A stretch of 64,000 nt of DNA from the IMG/VR virus record IMGVR_UViG_3300037420_001273; one strand, given 5' to 3'. This document shows positions 1 to 8,845 of this stretch, one piece after another. The number at the start of each line of letters is the position of its first letter. The first letter of the stretch is position 1. A program made the position numbers and the translations under genes. This stretch comes from a virus. Below the pieces are notes generated by a model that saw nothing but the letters and a program-made list of their open reading frames with translations, had not been told where the DNA came from and ran no database searches.

Positions 1-167
1 CGAACGGCCCGGGAGATGAGTCGATCGACGATCGAAGATCGCCGACGGGTTGCAGCCTCGAGCTTGAGGCAGGTCAAGATCTCCTCTTCTGTCAGCTCGT
101 GGAGCACGCGGGAAAGCCCCGTGAACGACTCGAGCGCTTGGTCCGTGTAGAACTTACGAACTGACAT
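1..167 (-). CDS. Hypothetical protein, N-terminal part only (gene runs off left edge)
   Basis: Own translation from ATG at 167: MSVRKFYTDQALESFTGLSRVLHELTEEEILTCLKLEAATRRRSSIVDRLISRAV. It is open to the window edge and has G/C-rich third positions. It is truncated, so it is absent from the ORF track. Confidence 0.4.
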   Translation of the reverse strand, partial: MSVRKFYTDQALESFTGLSRVLHELTEEEILTCLKLEAATRRRSSIVDRLISRAV

Positions 168-280
168 AGAGGTTCGATGTGCAGCAAAAATTACAGGTGG
201 TGAAGGAGTAGTTTCAGTACTTTCTGCGTCGTCCGAATCCCCCCAAAGGGGGAAAAGCACCGAGTTCGGGGTGTGCAGAT

Positions 281-1033
281 TTAGCGGCGGGCCGTGCGCG
301 TTTGCGCTTTCGCCTTCGGCGCCGCGGTGAAGCCGCTCACGTCGGGCTCGGCCATCAGCAGCTTGCGCGCCTCGTCCTGCCGGCTAAGGTGCTGCTCGAG
401 GTTCTCGTTCGGCTGCGGGTTGCCGAAGCGCAGCGTCGCGTAGTCGGCGTTGTCGTCGAACGTGACCGTGGTGACCACGCCGACCGGCGGCACTTGCAGC
501 GAGCTGGCCAGCGAGCGCACGTAGGCGTCGTAGTTCTTGATGCCGGTGGGCGAGACCTTGAGCAGCCAGATCGGCGTGTCGTCGGTCGCATCGGCCGGCA
601 GCACAGCGAGCACGCGCGTGTTCTTGCACGCCTTGCCGGCGCCGTTCGAGCCGAACTCGTTCATCGGGCAGCTCTTGCAGTCGGTGGACTGCTTGACCGG
701 GCTGTTGTCGCTGGGCACGAGCGACTGCGGGTTGGTGCCGAGCGCGAAGCACGCCGGCGGCGTGATGTTCTTCGGATCGAACGTGCCTTCGTAGAAGAAG
801 TTCGCCGAGACGAAGTCGACGATCACAGCCTCGAGCTGCTGAGTCTTGTTGCCGTCCGGCAGCTTCAGCTCCTTGGTGTTGAGCACCTGGATGTTGATGC
901 CCGTCGCCGGCGCAACCCGGCTGTTCATTTCTTCGACCTGCTTGCGCAGCTGTTCCTGGATGCTCACGATCGCGCCGGACTTGCGCGTCGCGACGGCGGT
1001 GCTGGTAGCGGTCTTCTTGGCGGCAGTGGCCAT
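281..1033 (-). CDS. Conserved phage replication-module protein, function unknown (Cys cluster; an ssDNA-binding role is only speculation)
   Basis: 250-aa ORF with good codon bias. It carries a Cys cluster (PPACF ... DCKSCPMNEFGS ... GKACKN). It sits in the same operon as the polymerase, nuclease and helicase. Confidence 0.75.
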   Translation of the reverse strand: MATAAKKTATSTAVATRKSGAIVSIQEQLRKQVEEMNSRVAPATGINIQVLNTKELKLPDGNKTQQLEAVIVDFVSANFFYEGTFDPKNITPPACFALGTNPQSLVPSDNSPVKQSTDCKSCPMNEFGSNGAGKACKNTRVLAVLPADATDDTPIWLLKVSPTGIKNYDAYVRSLASSLQVPPVGVVTTVTFDDNADYATLRFGNPQPNENLEQHLSRQDEARKLLMAEPDVSGFTAAPKAKAQTRTARR

Positions 1034-1043
1034 GTCTTTCCTT

Positions 1044-1469
1044 TCAGTTCGAACGGAGGTTCAGCTTCTTGCGAGAGAAGCTCTCGGCGCCAGGCACCTT
1101 CTTGCCTTGCTCCCAGAGTTCACGGAACGCCGGATCGCTGGGCCGGCGTTGGAGGAGGTGCCAGTACTTGTGCTTCTGGATGTACGCGTACAGCGCGTCC
1201 CAGTCGGTGACGGTGGCGACGATCGTGCTCGTGACCGAGACGCTGGCTTTCTTGCCAGAGCCTTTGTCCGAGTTTTCGGCCTCGAGCTTGGCGAGCAGCT
1301 GCTGCTCGATCTCGGAGTACTTGGTCTCGATCTCGGAGACCTGGGCCTCGAGCGCTCGCTTGCGCTCACGTAGTTCGTGGAGCTCGTCGACCATGCCGCC
1401 GATCGTGCCGACCAGTCGCAGCTTGGTGGCGTGCGCGATGGCGGCGTCTTTGATTGCTTGTCTTGCCAT
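1044..1469 (-). CDS. Hypothetical coiled-coil protein
   Basis: 141-aa ORF. The central heptad-like segment is ELHELRERKRALEAQVSEIETKYSEIEQQLLAKLEAE. The dispersed TTAGATCG motif lies directly upstream (1473-1505). Confidence 0.7.
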   Translation of the reverse strand: MARQAIKDAAIAHATKLRLVGTIGGMVDELHELRERKRALEAQVSEIETKYSEIEQQLLAKLEAENSDKGSGKKASVSVTSTIVATVTDWDALYAYIQKHKYWHLLQRRPSDPAFRELWEQGKKVPGAESFSRKKLNLRSN

Positions 1470-1472
1470 ATC

Positions 1473-1505
1473 GAAGTTAGATCGTACTACGAAGTTAGAA
1501 CGAAG
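1473..1505. promoter_or_regulatory. Dispersed motif instance (GTTAGATCG ... GTTAGAACG)
   Basis: gaagttagatcgtactacgaagttagaacgaag, abutting the start codon at 1469. Confidence 0.55.
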
Positions 1506-1526
1506 TGCAACGGAAAAACGAACGAT

Positions 1527-1727
1527 TTACTCGTTCAACCGTTGCTTGGCGACCTCTGTCGCATGGGCCTCGATCGCGGCGGACCAGAGGGCCCGCAGGG
1601 AGTCGCCGCGTCGGTACGTGATGCATATGCCGCGCACTTCCAGATCGAAGGGAAGAGACGGGAACGGCCACTTGTCCTTAGCTGCCTCGGCCTCGAGGTA
1701 GTCGAGGATTTCTTTGTCGCTCAGCAT
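1527..1727 (-). CDS. Hypothetical small protein
   Basis: 66-aa ORF. It is co-oriented with the operon and its start lies 7 nt inside the end of the upstream ORF. Confidence 0.5.
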   Translation of the reverse strand: MLSDKEILDYLEAEAAKDKWPFPSLPFDLEVRGICITYRRGDSLRALWSAAIEAHATEVAKQRLNE

Positions 1728-1963
1728 GTCAGCCTCGCTTTGACTGCCTTAGCTTGTTGCTTGCGGTGTTCTTGGATGATCCAGCGGAGGGCCTTGATCC
1801 TGCTCTTAGCTGGATGAATCTGAAGAGTTCCATAGGCCTGAATAGCACAGACCCAAAAGAACTCATGCTCCGCTACTGCCCACCAAAAACCACCGCGGCT
1901 TGACCACTTCCATGCACTGCCAAAGGGTCCCGGGTTACTTGCTGTACTCGACGGCATAGCCAC
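1721..1963 (-). CDS. Hypothetical Trp-rich small protein
   Basis: 80-aa ORF (WKWSSRGGFWWAVAEHEFFWVC). It overlaps the polymerase 3-prime end by 29 nt. The region is locally more AT-rich. Confidence 0.4.
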   Translation of the reverse strand: MAMPSSTASNPGPFGSAWKWSSRGGFWWAVAEHEFFWVCAIQAYGTLQIHPAKSRIKALRWIIQEHRKQQAKAVKARLTC

Positions 1964-3959
1964 CCTCAGCGTTCAGTGGAATATCTGCACACCAGGCCGG
2001 TGGCGTGCGCATCACCTTGACCATGAAGTCGACGGCCTTCTGACCAACGGCCTTCTTCGCCAATGACACGACCTCGTCGTGCGTGGTCATGACAACCTGG
2101 TACACCTTGTCGATCGCGAGCAGCTGGCCCATCACGACGATCTTGGCCAGCGCCTGGACGATGTTCTCGCACAGCTTGCCGCCGTACAGCTTCGTAACGC
2201 CGTCGCGTGAGTCATAGACCCACGCATGTTCGAACTCTTCATCAGGGATCTGACGCAGGTGCGGGTAGTGCAGCGTCATGCCGTCAGGCAGATAGACGGT
2301 CTCCTTGTCCCAGCTCAAGCACTTCCAGCTGCCGGCGCGACCGACAGCCATGTCGGAGATGATCCGCTCGCAGATCTTCCAGCCGATCTGGATCTTGCTG
2401 TTCTTGCGGCGGTATGCCTGCACCGCCATGCGGCACGTGTTCTCGTCGAGGAACACCGGCGGGCCCATCGTGCCGAGCGCGAGCGTGTTCTGGAACTTCT
2501 TCCAGGCCGCCTGGTAGCCGAGCATGAGCACGGCGACCTTGCCGACGAAGCGCTCGTCCTTGTCGCTCTTCTCGATACGCCGGCCGTAGATCTTGTCGCT
2601 CTGCTTGCAGTACGGGTCGCGGTCCGTGTGATTGTCCGCGTCGCGGAACTCCTGCAGCAGGTCGAGCTGGTCCCACAGCCACGCATTCATGCGTGCTTCG
2701 ATCTGGCTCGAGTCGCACACGGCCAGGACATAGCCCGGCGGGGCTTTGATCGTCTTGCGCAGCTCGCTGCCGCGGCGCAGGTTCTGGAAGTTCGTCCCGT
2801 CACCGCCTCCGAGCCGCTTGGTGTGCGCGCCGGCGTATTTGTAGTACACCGGCAGGGGCAGTCCGTTTGCACCGAGCTTGAGGAACGTCGCCGCGCGGGT
2901 CTCTGTCCCGCTTGACTTCACCATGAGGCGCGCTTCGACCAGGTCGCGCACGCGGTCGTTCGAGTTCTCGAGCAGCTCGGTGAAGTCCAGGTCCGTCTTG
3001 CTGAACGCGTAGGTGTACTTCTTCGCGTCGTCACGCTGATCCTTGGGCTTCTTGATCCACGCCGGGCTGATCTTCATCGGCGGCTCGATGCCCTCGGCGC
3101 GCAGCAGCTCGGCGTAGCGGTCAGAGCCGATCAGCTTCTTGACGCGACGGATCGTCAGCTGTTCCTCGGTCGCCGTGGGCCCGAGCTTCTTGCGGTCCTC
3201 GCTGGTCAGCTTGATGTCTGCGGCCAGGTCGGCGAACGAGAGCAGCAGGGTGCGCTTGCGTTCCAGCTCGCGCTCGAGCTCTGCCCGGCAGCGGGCTTCG
3301 TCGAGCTTGAGCGCTGGTTGCGTGTACATCCGGCAGATGATGTGGATGAGCTCGAGCTCGTCGGCCGGCATCATCGGGAGCATCTGCTCGAAGATGCGCC
3401 GGGTCTCCTCGCCGTCCTGCATGCAGTACAGCATCGCGCGCTCGAGCTTCGCCTTGTCCTTGGCGAGCTCGGCCCAGTGCATGCCTTTGAAGTCCTCGGT
3501 GCCGCTGGCTGCTTTGCCGCGGCCACCCAGGAAGCGAGCCACTTCGTCCAGGCCCGCGCCGATGGAGTTGCTGAACAGCCCGCGTGCCATCGACAACGTG
3601 CAGTACAAGCGCTTGGGCTTGATGCCGTAGTGGTGGCTCAGGATGAGCCCGTCGAACTGCGTGTGGTGGCACAGCAAGCTGTGCGTCTCCCACGGGATCT
3701 TGCGCAGCTCGGTGGCGATCTTCGGGCCTGGCACGACCTTGGCGGGCTTGTTGCCCACCTGCAGGTACACCATCAGGGCTTCGAAGCGCGGATCGCGCAC
3801 GTACTGCGACGTGGTCAGCTTCTTGAGCGTGTACGTCTCGTCATAGAACGACTCGAAGTCCAGCGTGACGAGCCGCGACCAGTCGACTTTCTCGGTCGGG
3901 AACACCGGCCGCTCGATCACGAGCGACGCCGGCTTCTTGATGGCGGAGGACCAGCCCAT
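1935..3959 (-). CDS. Family A DNA polymerase with 3-5 exonuclease domain
   Basis: Motifs read from the 702-aa ORF: ExoI-like LDFESFYD, motif A CDSSQIEARMNAW, motif B RFVGKVAVLMLGYQAAW, motif C TTHDEVV. The start was moved to ATG 3959 (MGWSSAIKK), just downstream of the upstream stop at 3965-3967. Confidence 0.92.
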   Translation of the reverse strand: MGWSSAIKKPASLVIERPVFPTEKVDWSRLVTLDFESFYDETYTLKKLTTSQYVRDPRFEALMVYLQVGNKPAKVVPGPKIATELRKIPWETHSLLCHHTQFDGLILSHHYGIKPKRLYCTLSMARGLFSNSIGAGLDEVARFLGGRGKAASGTEDFKGMHWAELAKDKAKLERAMLYCMQDGEETRRIFEQMLPMMPADELELIHIICRMYTQPALKLDEARCRAELERELERKRTLLLSFADLAADIKLTSEDRKKLGPTATEEQLTIRRVKKLIGSDRYAELLRAEGIEPPMKISPAWIKKPKDQRDDAKKYTYAFSKTDLDFTELLENSNDRVRDLVEARLMVKSSGTETRAATFLKLGANGLPLPVYYKYAGAHTKRLGGGDGTNFQNLRRGSELRKTIKAPPGYVLAVCDSSQIEARMNAWLWDQLDLLQEFRDADNHTDRDPYCKQSDKIYGRRIEKSDKDERFVGKVAVLMLGYQAAWKKFQNTLALGTMGPPVFLDENTCRMAVQAYRRKNSKIQIGWKICERIISDMAVGRAGSWKCLSWDKETVYLPDGMTLHYPHLRQIPDEEFEHAWVYDSRDGVTKLYGGKLCENIVQALAKIVVMGQLLAIDKVYQVVMTTHDEVVSLAKKAVGQKAVDFMVKVMRTPPAWCADIPLNAEGGYAVEYSK

Positions 3960-3964
3960 GCGAC

Positions 3965-4378
3965 TCAGTGTTCTTGTAGCAACAGCATGACGACGACATC
4001 GACCGGTGCAATCAACCCGTCGATCGCGAGCTCGAACGTCCACGTGCCTTTAGGGAAGTCCGTGTACTCGATAGTTCTCGTCCACGCCGCCGGCTCGTCA
4101 TCTGCCGAAGAAAGACTGAGCACTGCCGTGTTGTTTGAAGCCACGGCGATCGTCAGCATTCCGGTCGGGTTGCTTCTCGCTTCCCAGTCGCGCATGACGA
4201 GAGGTGCGGCTTCAGTGGCAACGATGTCGAGCAGCCAGTACGCGCCTGCCGATTCAGCCATTGCCTTGACGCCCTCGGTGTAGATGAACCGCTTGTTGAA
4301 CGGATGTCGATAGCGGCCGTCGCTGCCACCGAGGTACTGGTCCATGACGGCTTGAAGTTCTTGTGGTGTTGCGCTCAT
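3965..4378 (-). CDS. Hypothetical protein
   Basis: The start was taken at MSATPQELQ (ATG 4378). This forms an ATGA overlap with the stop of the upstream ORF (4375). Length is 137 aa. Confidence 0.65.
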   Translation of the reverse strand: MSATPQELQAVMDQYLGGSDGRYRHPFNKRFIYTEGVKAMAESAGAYWLLDIVATEAAPLVMRDWEARSNPTGMLTIAVASNNTAVLSLSSADDEPAAWTRTIEYTDFPKGTWTFELAIDGLIAPVDVVVMLLLQEH

Positions 4379-4572
4379 TCGTGATCCTCGAGCTGGTTCG
4401 ACACGGCGTCGGCTGCGTACTGGCACAGGCAGTACTCGTCGACGAGACGGCGGATCTCGTCGTACTCGCGCGAGCCGTCGTCCATCATCTGGCATGCCTT
4501 CTTGCGCGCGAAGTCAGCACGCGTCTGCAGTTTCTCGTGCGCCTTCTTCCTGTCCTCGCTGAGGTAGTTCAT
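4375..4572 (-). CDS. Hypothetical small protein
   Basis: 65-aa ORF, ATGA-coupled to the downstream gene. Its 5-prime end overlaps the ORF at 4514-4912, so the true start may be the internal MMDDG. Confidence 0.5.
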   Translation of the reverse strand: MNYLSEDRKKAHEKLQTRADFARKKACQMMDDGSREYDEIRRLVDEYCLCQYAADAVSNQLEDHE

Positions 4573-4912
4573 TGCTTGACACTCCTGTGATTCGGTTGAT
4601 CAGCTTCTTCATCCTCCGGCGCGCGTTTCGGTTCTCGTTGTTCTGCGCGGTTGTTAGTCTCGGCATCTGCACGTCGCGGCCCACGCCGAGCGAATACATC
4701 GCTGCGTAGCGTGTGCTGCCGCGCCCCGTCCCTTCGTGCCAGCCGCTGCGATAAATAGCCTTGCGCTTGTGCGCTGCTCGGATGTACTCGTACACCGTGT
4801 TGATCCGCAGGCCGGTGCGCTCTTGTAGCTCCTTCACCGTGCACGGGCCCTCGCTGAATGCGAGCAGGATCTCTGCGAACGCGATCGCGTTGTTGTTCGG
4901 CGGTCGTCTCAC
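4514..4912 (-). CDS. Putative helix-turn-helix / winged-helix DNA-binding protein
   Basis: 132-aa ORF with an HTH-like segment, CTVKELQERTGLRINTVYEYIRAAHKRKAIY. Its start is ATGA-coupled to the helicase stop (4909). Confidence 0.55.
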   Translation of the reverse strand: MRRPPNNNAIAFAEILLAFSEGPCTVKELQERTGLRINTVYEYIRAAHKRKAIYRSGWHEGTGRGSTRYAAMYSLGVGRDVQMPRLTTAQNNENRNARRRMKKLINRITGVSSNELPQRGQEEGARETADAC

Positions 4913-6390
4913 GCAGCATCCTTGAGATCGAACTGCGACGTAAGACTTGCGAACAAGTCAAGGAGCGTGGTCATGCGTTCGTTTTTGCGCATCAAGATGT
5001 CGTAGTACACGCGCTGGTCGATCCGGCAGTCGCCGAGCACGACGATCGTCTCGGTCTTCTCCGTCTGGCCGATGCGGTGCTGGCGCTTGTTGCCTTGCTT
5101 CCACAGCTCGAGGTCCGCCGTCGGCGAGGGCCAGATCGTAGCCGTGCCCTTGGTCAACGTCAGACCGTGCGCCGCGCTCTTCGGGTGCGCGAACATGACG
5201 CGGTAGCGGCCCATCTGGTAGGCCAGCACCATCATGTCCCGCTCCTTGTCGTTCGTCGCTCCGTCGAGCACGCAATACGTCAGCCCGCGGCTCTCAGCCT
5301 CAGCGACCATCAGGTCACGCTGGTGCTGCCAGAGGAAGAACACGAGACTGTGCTTGCGCTGCTCGACCATGTCGAGCACGAGCTCGTAACGGCTGCTGTC
5401 GATGACATGGTAGTTGCCGTCGCTGTCGTAGACAGCGCCTGAGGCGATCTGCAGCAGCTTGCCGGCCAGCACCGCAGCGTTGAGTGCCGTGAGCGGCACC
5501 ACGCTGGCTTTCTTGCCAGTGCTCAGGTACTGCTTCATCGCCGCCGGCGAGGTGTCAGTGATCAGCGCAATCTGGTCGCGCTCCATCTGTTCGTAGACGC
5601 GCCGCATCTTCTGCGGCATCTCGAAGTCGACCACATAGTGGTGGTTCGGCGGGATGTCGACGCAGTCCTCGAACTTGTGCCGCACGACGATGTCACTGAG
5701 CAAGCCGAACACGGCTTCCTCGGCGCCTTCCTTGTCGACCCAGTCGATCATGTGCTGCTGTCGGCCGACTTGCTCAGGCACGCAGACGCTGTTGCGGAAC
5801 GCATAGAAGCTAGGTCCGAGACGCTGGCCGCCGTCGAGAATGGCAACCTGGTGCCAGACGTCCGTGATCGAGCGTCCGTTGGGTGTGCCGGTGAGGCCGG
5901 AGCGGTGCTTGAAGTACTTTGCGATCTTCCTGAGCGCCTTGCTGCGCTGGCTGGTGTGGTGCTTGAATGCCGTGATCTCGTCGACGATCAGCTCGCTGAA
6001 CTTCTTGAAGAACGCCGGCCGCTGATCTGCGACCCACTTCACTCCGTCCGTGTTCACGATGTAGACATCAGCATCGACGGCGAACGCGTGAGCACGGTTG
6101 TCAGCGCGGGCGATTGACACGCGCATGTCCGGGGCGAACTTCTTAAAGTCGTTGGCCCATGCGCTCTTGAGCAGCGAGCGTGGTGCTACCACTAGCGCGC
6201 AGCCACCGCCTTTGCGCCGGCGCTCGGCGAACGCCGTGACCCGCACGAACGTTTTGCCGGTGCCGGGGTCGCTGCAGTCATAGACGACCTCAGTCGTCTT
6301 GTCGTGCTTGAGGCTCACCTTCTGGTGCGCCATTGCTTGAGATTTCATGAAGGTGTTTGCGTAGTGCTTCGCGAGAAGCGGGCGGAACAT
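4909..6390 (-). CDS. SNF2-family (DEAD/DEAH-box-like) helicase
   Basis: Walker A DPGTGKT, DExx-like LIVDEITAFKH, motif VI-like KRQHRIGQTEKT. There are three in-frame ATGs (6390, 6348, 6333). Codons already end in G/C from 6390 onward. Confidence 0.9.
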   Translation of the reverse strand: MFRPLLAKHYANTFMKSQAMAHQKVSLKHDKTTEVVYDCSDPGTGKTFVRVTAFAERRRKGGGCALVVAPRSLLKSAWANDFKKFAPDMRVSIARADNRAHAFAVDADVYIVNTDGVKWVADQRPAFFKKFSELIVDEITAFKHHTSQRSKALRKIAKYFKHRSGLTGTPNGRSITDVWHQVAILDGGQRLGPSFYAFRNSVCVPEQVGRQQHMIDWVDKEGAEEAVFGLLSDIVVRHKFEDCVDIPPNHHYVVDFEMPQKMRRVYEQMERDQIALITDTSPAAMKQYLSTGKKASVVPLTALNAAVLAGKLLQIASGAVYDSDGNYHVIDSSRYELVLDMVEQRKHSLVFFLWQHQRDLMVAEAESRGLTYCVLDGATNDKERDMMVLAYQMGRYRVMFAHPKSAAHGLTLTKGTATIWPSPTADLELWKQGNKRQHRIGQTEKTETIVVLGDCRIDQRVYYDILMRKNERMTTLLDLFASLTSQFDLKDAA

Positions 6391-6550
6391 CTGTGCGCAG
6401 CAGCCAGCGTGTGATCTCGGTGATCTTCTCTTCGCGTGTATGCTTGTTCAGCTCGGCAGTCCAGAACTGGATTCGTTCGTGCCTTTTCTCTGCCAAAGGA
6501 CTCAACTCATCCCACGTGGTGATCATCTCAATGCACAAACGGACGTTCAT
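6290..6550 (-). CDS. Hypothetical small protein (3-prime 100 nt overlaps helicase out of frame)
   Basis: 86-aa ORF whose start is ATGA-coupled to the upstream 55-aa ORF. The N-terminal two thirds have good third-position G/C. The tail, which overlaps the helicase gene, does not. Confidence 0.4.
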   Translation of the reverse strand: MNVRLCIEMITTWDELSPLAEKRHERIQFWTAELNKHTREEKITEITRWLLRTDVPPASREALRKHLHEISSNGAPEGEPQARQDD

Positions 6551-6714
6551 TCATGCTCCCGACAAGCCCAGTGCCCGCCGTTGATACGCACGCAGGCAAG
6601 AGACGCCGTGCGGCGCGCTTCAATCTTCTGAGACGGCCTGGTCTCGGTGATGCAGAGCAGCAGCACGAGGTAGCCGATGATCGCGATCACGCTGCCGGCA
6701 ACGAAGAGTTTCAT
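6547..6714 (-). CDS. Small membrane protein (55 aa, below ORF-track cutoff)
   Basis: Own translation: MKLFVAGSVIAIIGYLVLLLCITETRPSQKIEARRTASLACVRINGGHWACREHE. There are ATGA overlaps at both ends (6711-6714 and 6547-6550). Confidence 0.45.
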   Translation of the reverse strand: MKLFVAGSVIAIIGYLVLLLCITETRPSQKIEARRTASLACVRINGGHWACREHE

Positions 6715-6935
6715 GTCCTAAGCCTCTCGGTGACTTCTGCGGCGAGCACGCGCTGGCATGCTTTGCACGTCGGCGTCTTGCTGGCTTGTCTCGGGTTCAC
6801 AGGCATGTGTCGGTCGCTACCGCAGCTGCATTCACGACACACGGCTGTGAGCGTGCGCTTGCGGTTCGTCCACACCCAAGTGAGATGCGTCTTCACTTCC
6901 TCTGCACTCCGTCTTGACAGTGTCCAGAGCCCCAC
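6711..6935 (-). CDS. Small Cys-rich (zinc-ribbon-like) protein
   Basis: 74-aa ORF with paired Cys motifs (CRECSCG ... CKACQ). It overlaps the nuclease 3-prime end by 43 nt. Confidence 0.5.
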   Translation of the reverse strand: MGLWTLSRRSAEEVKTHLTWVWTNRKRTLTAVCRECSCGSDRHMPVNPRQASKTPTCKACQRVLAAEVTERLRT

Positions 6936-7600
6936 GGGCCGTAGCCGCAGTACTGGCAGCTGAACACGTTCGCGTTGGTCGGGAACTCCGTTGCCGTGGT
7001 GATCTGCATGCCGCGGCGGTGAAAGTTCGACTTGAAGCGCAGCGCCTGGTCGCGCGTGAAGACCTTCTTCGTCGTGTCGTTCTGGTCGAAGTACCAGAGC
7101 TCCGTCTCCACCACCTCGAGCTTCGGGTAGCGCAGCACGGCGTTGAGCGCGTACAGCGTCATCTGTTCACCGTGCTTGACCTCGTTGCCGAACTTGCGGC
7201 CGGTCTTGTAGTCGATGACCGTGGCGTAGGTGTCGTCCCAGAACACGGTGGCGTCGAGCTTGCAGCGGTGCCAGGCCGTCTTCCAGTCCGTCGGCTCCCA
7301 CTCGTGATCGACAGCCCACTCGCCTTCGCAAGACACCAGGCCCTCCGCGTAGAGCACGCGCAACAGGTCGAGCTCGGGACCGAAATGCTTGGATGCCTCG
7401 GGTGCAAGGAGGTCGCTCTCGCCCTTGACGTACAGCTCCGCGCTGGCGTGGATGCGGGTGCCACGGTCGTTCGCGTGTTCCGTCTTGCCGGGAGGCAGGG
7501 GACGGACCGGCTCAGGGATGCGCTGGTCGCGCATGAGCCAGACGCGGTGCTTGCACTTGTCCCACTCAGCGAGGATGGAGTGACTCCAGGACTTGAGCAT
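6893..7600 (-). CDS. PD-(D/E)XK nuclease, Cas4/RecB-like with Cys cluster
   Basis: Core ATVIDYKTGRK (D/ExK), QxxxY motif EQMTLYAL, one N-terminal Cys (KCKHR) plus C-terminal CQYCGYGPWGSGHC, as in Cas4-type Fe-S nucleases. Confidence 0.85.
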   Translation of the reverse strand: MLKSWSHSILAEWDKCKHRVWLMRDQRIPEPVRPLPPGKTEHANDRGTRIHASAELYVKGESDLLAPEASKHFGPELDLLRVLYAEGLVSCEGEWAVDHEWEPTDWKTAWHRCKLDATVFWDDTYATVIDYKTGRKFGNEVKHGEQMTLYALNAVLRYPKLEVVETELWYFDQNDTTKKVFTRDQALRFKSNFHRRGMQITTATEFPTNANVFSCQYCGYGPWGSGHCQDGVQRK

Positions 7601-7611
7601 GTTGGAGTGTC

Positions 7612-7640
7612 GTAGTTAGATCGAAACACGATCTTAGACC
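7612..7640. promoter_or_regulatory. Dispersed motif instance
   Basis: gtagttagatcgaaacacgatcttagacc, just upstream of the nuclease gene start (7600). Confidence 0.55.
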
Positions 7641-8284
7641 AAAACACCCTCGGATTCATAGAGGTGGCGAGCGACTGCGGGGATGCGCTGAACGAAGCGT
7701 TCTTCGGTCCAGCACCAGCGCCTTTCGGCGTACTTCATCGTGTTCGCGATGGAGCTGATGTCGTTGATCTCGAAAGCGTGGGCAAGGGTACTGTGCAAAC
7801 CCCAACTGCTGACCCAGTGTTCCTTGTCTGTTAACTTCGACGCCACATACGCAACCTTGAAGATCTCTGTGATCTTCGCGATCAGTGCCTTGCGCCTGGC
7901 GGAGTCGATCTTTTTCCGCACCGGCGGGTCGAGCACGATGATGCTTCCGGCGGCATCGATCAGCAGGCGGCTGGTTGTATCGAACCTAGCGCCTTTGATT
8001 TTGCTCAGCGTGAACACGGTGCCGCCAGTGATCGATCGCTTTTTGCGGTCGAACTGCAAACCGACGTAGCTGCCGACGCGTCTGTCCCAGACAGCACACT
8101 GTGCGTATTGCTTGAACGGCGGCGGAACCGTGACGATGATCTCGCCGTTGGGCTTCCACCGCAGCGTCTCGTGCTTGTCGTACAGCAGCAGGATGTCGTC
8201 GTTCTGCGCACGAACGAGACAAGTGCAGTAGCTGAGCGGGCAGCCGATTGGGCCGCAGCGAGAGGACGCGTTGTTGTAGTTCAT
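7634..8284 (-). CDS. Hypothetical protein
   Basis: The start was taken at MNYNNASS (ATG 8284), which is ATGA-coupled to the upstream 57-aa ORF. Length is 216 aa. Confidence 0.65.
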   Translation of the reverse strand: MNYNNASSRCGPIGCPLSYCTCLVRAQNDDILLLYDKHETLRWKPNGEIIVTVPPPFKQYAQCAVWDRRVGSYVGLQFDRKKRSITGGTVFTLSKIKGARFDTTSRLLIDAAGSIIVLDPPVRKKIDSARRKALIAKITEIFKVAYVASKLTDKEHWVSSWGLHSTLAHAFEINDISSIANTMKYAERRWCWTEERFVQRIPAVARHLYESEGVLV

Positions 8285-8454
8285 TTCTTCTTGCCGACCA
8301 GGTCGAAGCAACTCAAGAGCGCGAACAAGTTCAAGCCGAACCAAGCCGTTGTGATCGCAACGGCTTGGAACGAGACACCTGGGACTTCAAGCGAAGCGCC
8401 CCAGATGATTCCTGTCAGCACGAAGTTTGCGGCGAACGTGATGAGATAGAACAT
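8281..8454 (-). CDS. Small membrane protein (57 aa, below ORF-track cutoff)
   Basis: Own translation: MFYLITFAANFVLTGIIWGASLEVPGVSFQAVAITTAWFGLNLFALLSCFDLVGKKK. It has two hydrophobic helices and is ATGA-coupled downstream. Confidence 0.45.
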   Translation of the reverse strand: MFYLITFAANFVLTGIIWGASLEVPGVSFQAVAITTAWFGLNLFALLSCFDLVGKKK

Positions 8455-8456
8455 AG

Positions 8457-8843
8457 TCAGAGTCCCAAGTCCGCGAGGTATTCGGCGAAGAACAGGCGCG
8501 TCCAGTCGGCTAAAACGGGGTCTTCTCCGTCAGCTTCGAGAACCCAGTTGCTGCCGGCCATGTCCATGAAGAGCTCAACTTCTTCAGGTAGCTCGCCGCT
8601 GTCAGTGAAGAGAGCCATGTCGCGGAAGGCAGTGCTCACCGGGCCGTACTGAAGATGTTCGTCGTCGGGGTGGATACGCCACGAACCTTCGGGGCCGGGC
8701 AGCGCAAGGACGTCAAGAGGTATATCAACGTCGCGCCAACCATCGTCATTCTCTGTGCGCTCATGCATGTACCCTACCGCCACATAGTCACGCTGGATGC
8801 GTGCACCGCGCGCTGCGGCGAATTGCATTCGTTTGAGGTTCAT
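8457..8843 (-). CDS. Hypothetical acidic protein
   Basis: 128-aa ORF. It starts 2 nt after the stop of the VWA gene. Confidence 0.6.
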   Translation of the reverse strand: MNLKRMQFAAARGARIQRDYVAVGYMHERTENDDGWRDVDIPLDVLALPGPEGSWRIHPDDEHLQYGPVSTAFRDMALFTDSGELPEEVELFMDMAGSNWVLEADGEDPVLADWTRLFFAEYLADLGL

Positions 8844-8845
8844 CG

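Noticed and set aside
302-1210. Long plus-strand ORF (302 aa) antisense to the 250-aa gene. There are similar long antisense or off-frame ORFs at 12454-13881, 30052-31497, 32282-34291, 51755-52948, 53096-54637, 55031-56977 and 57347-60835.
   Set aside because: These are typical shadow ORFs of GC-rich DNA. Their translations are Arg/Ala/Gly/Val-rich and low in complexity. Each lies opposite a gene with clear motifs and strong third-position G/C bias.
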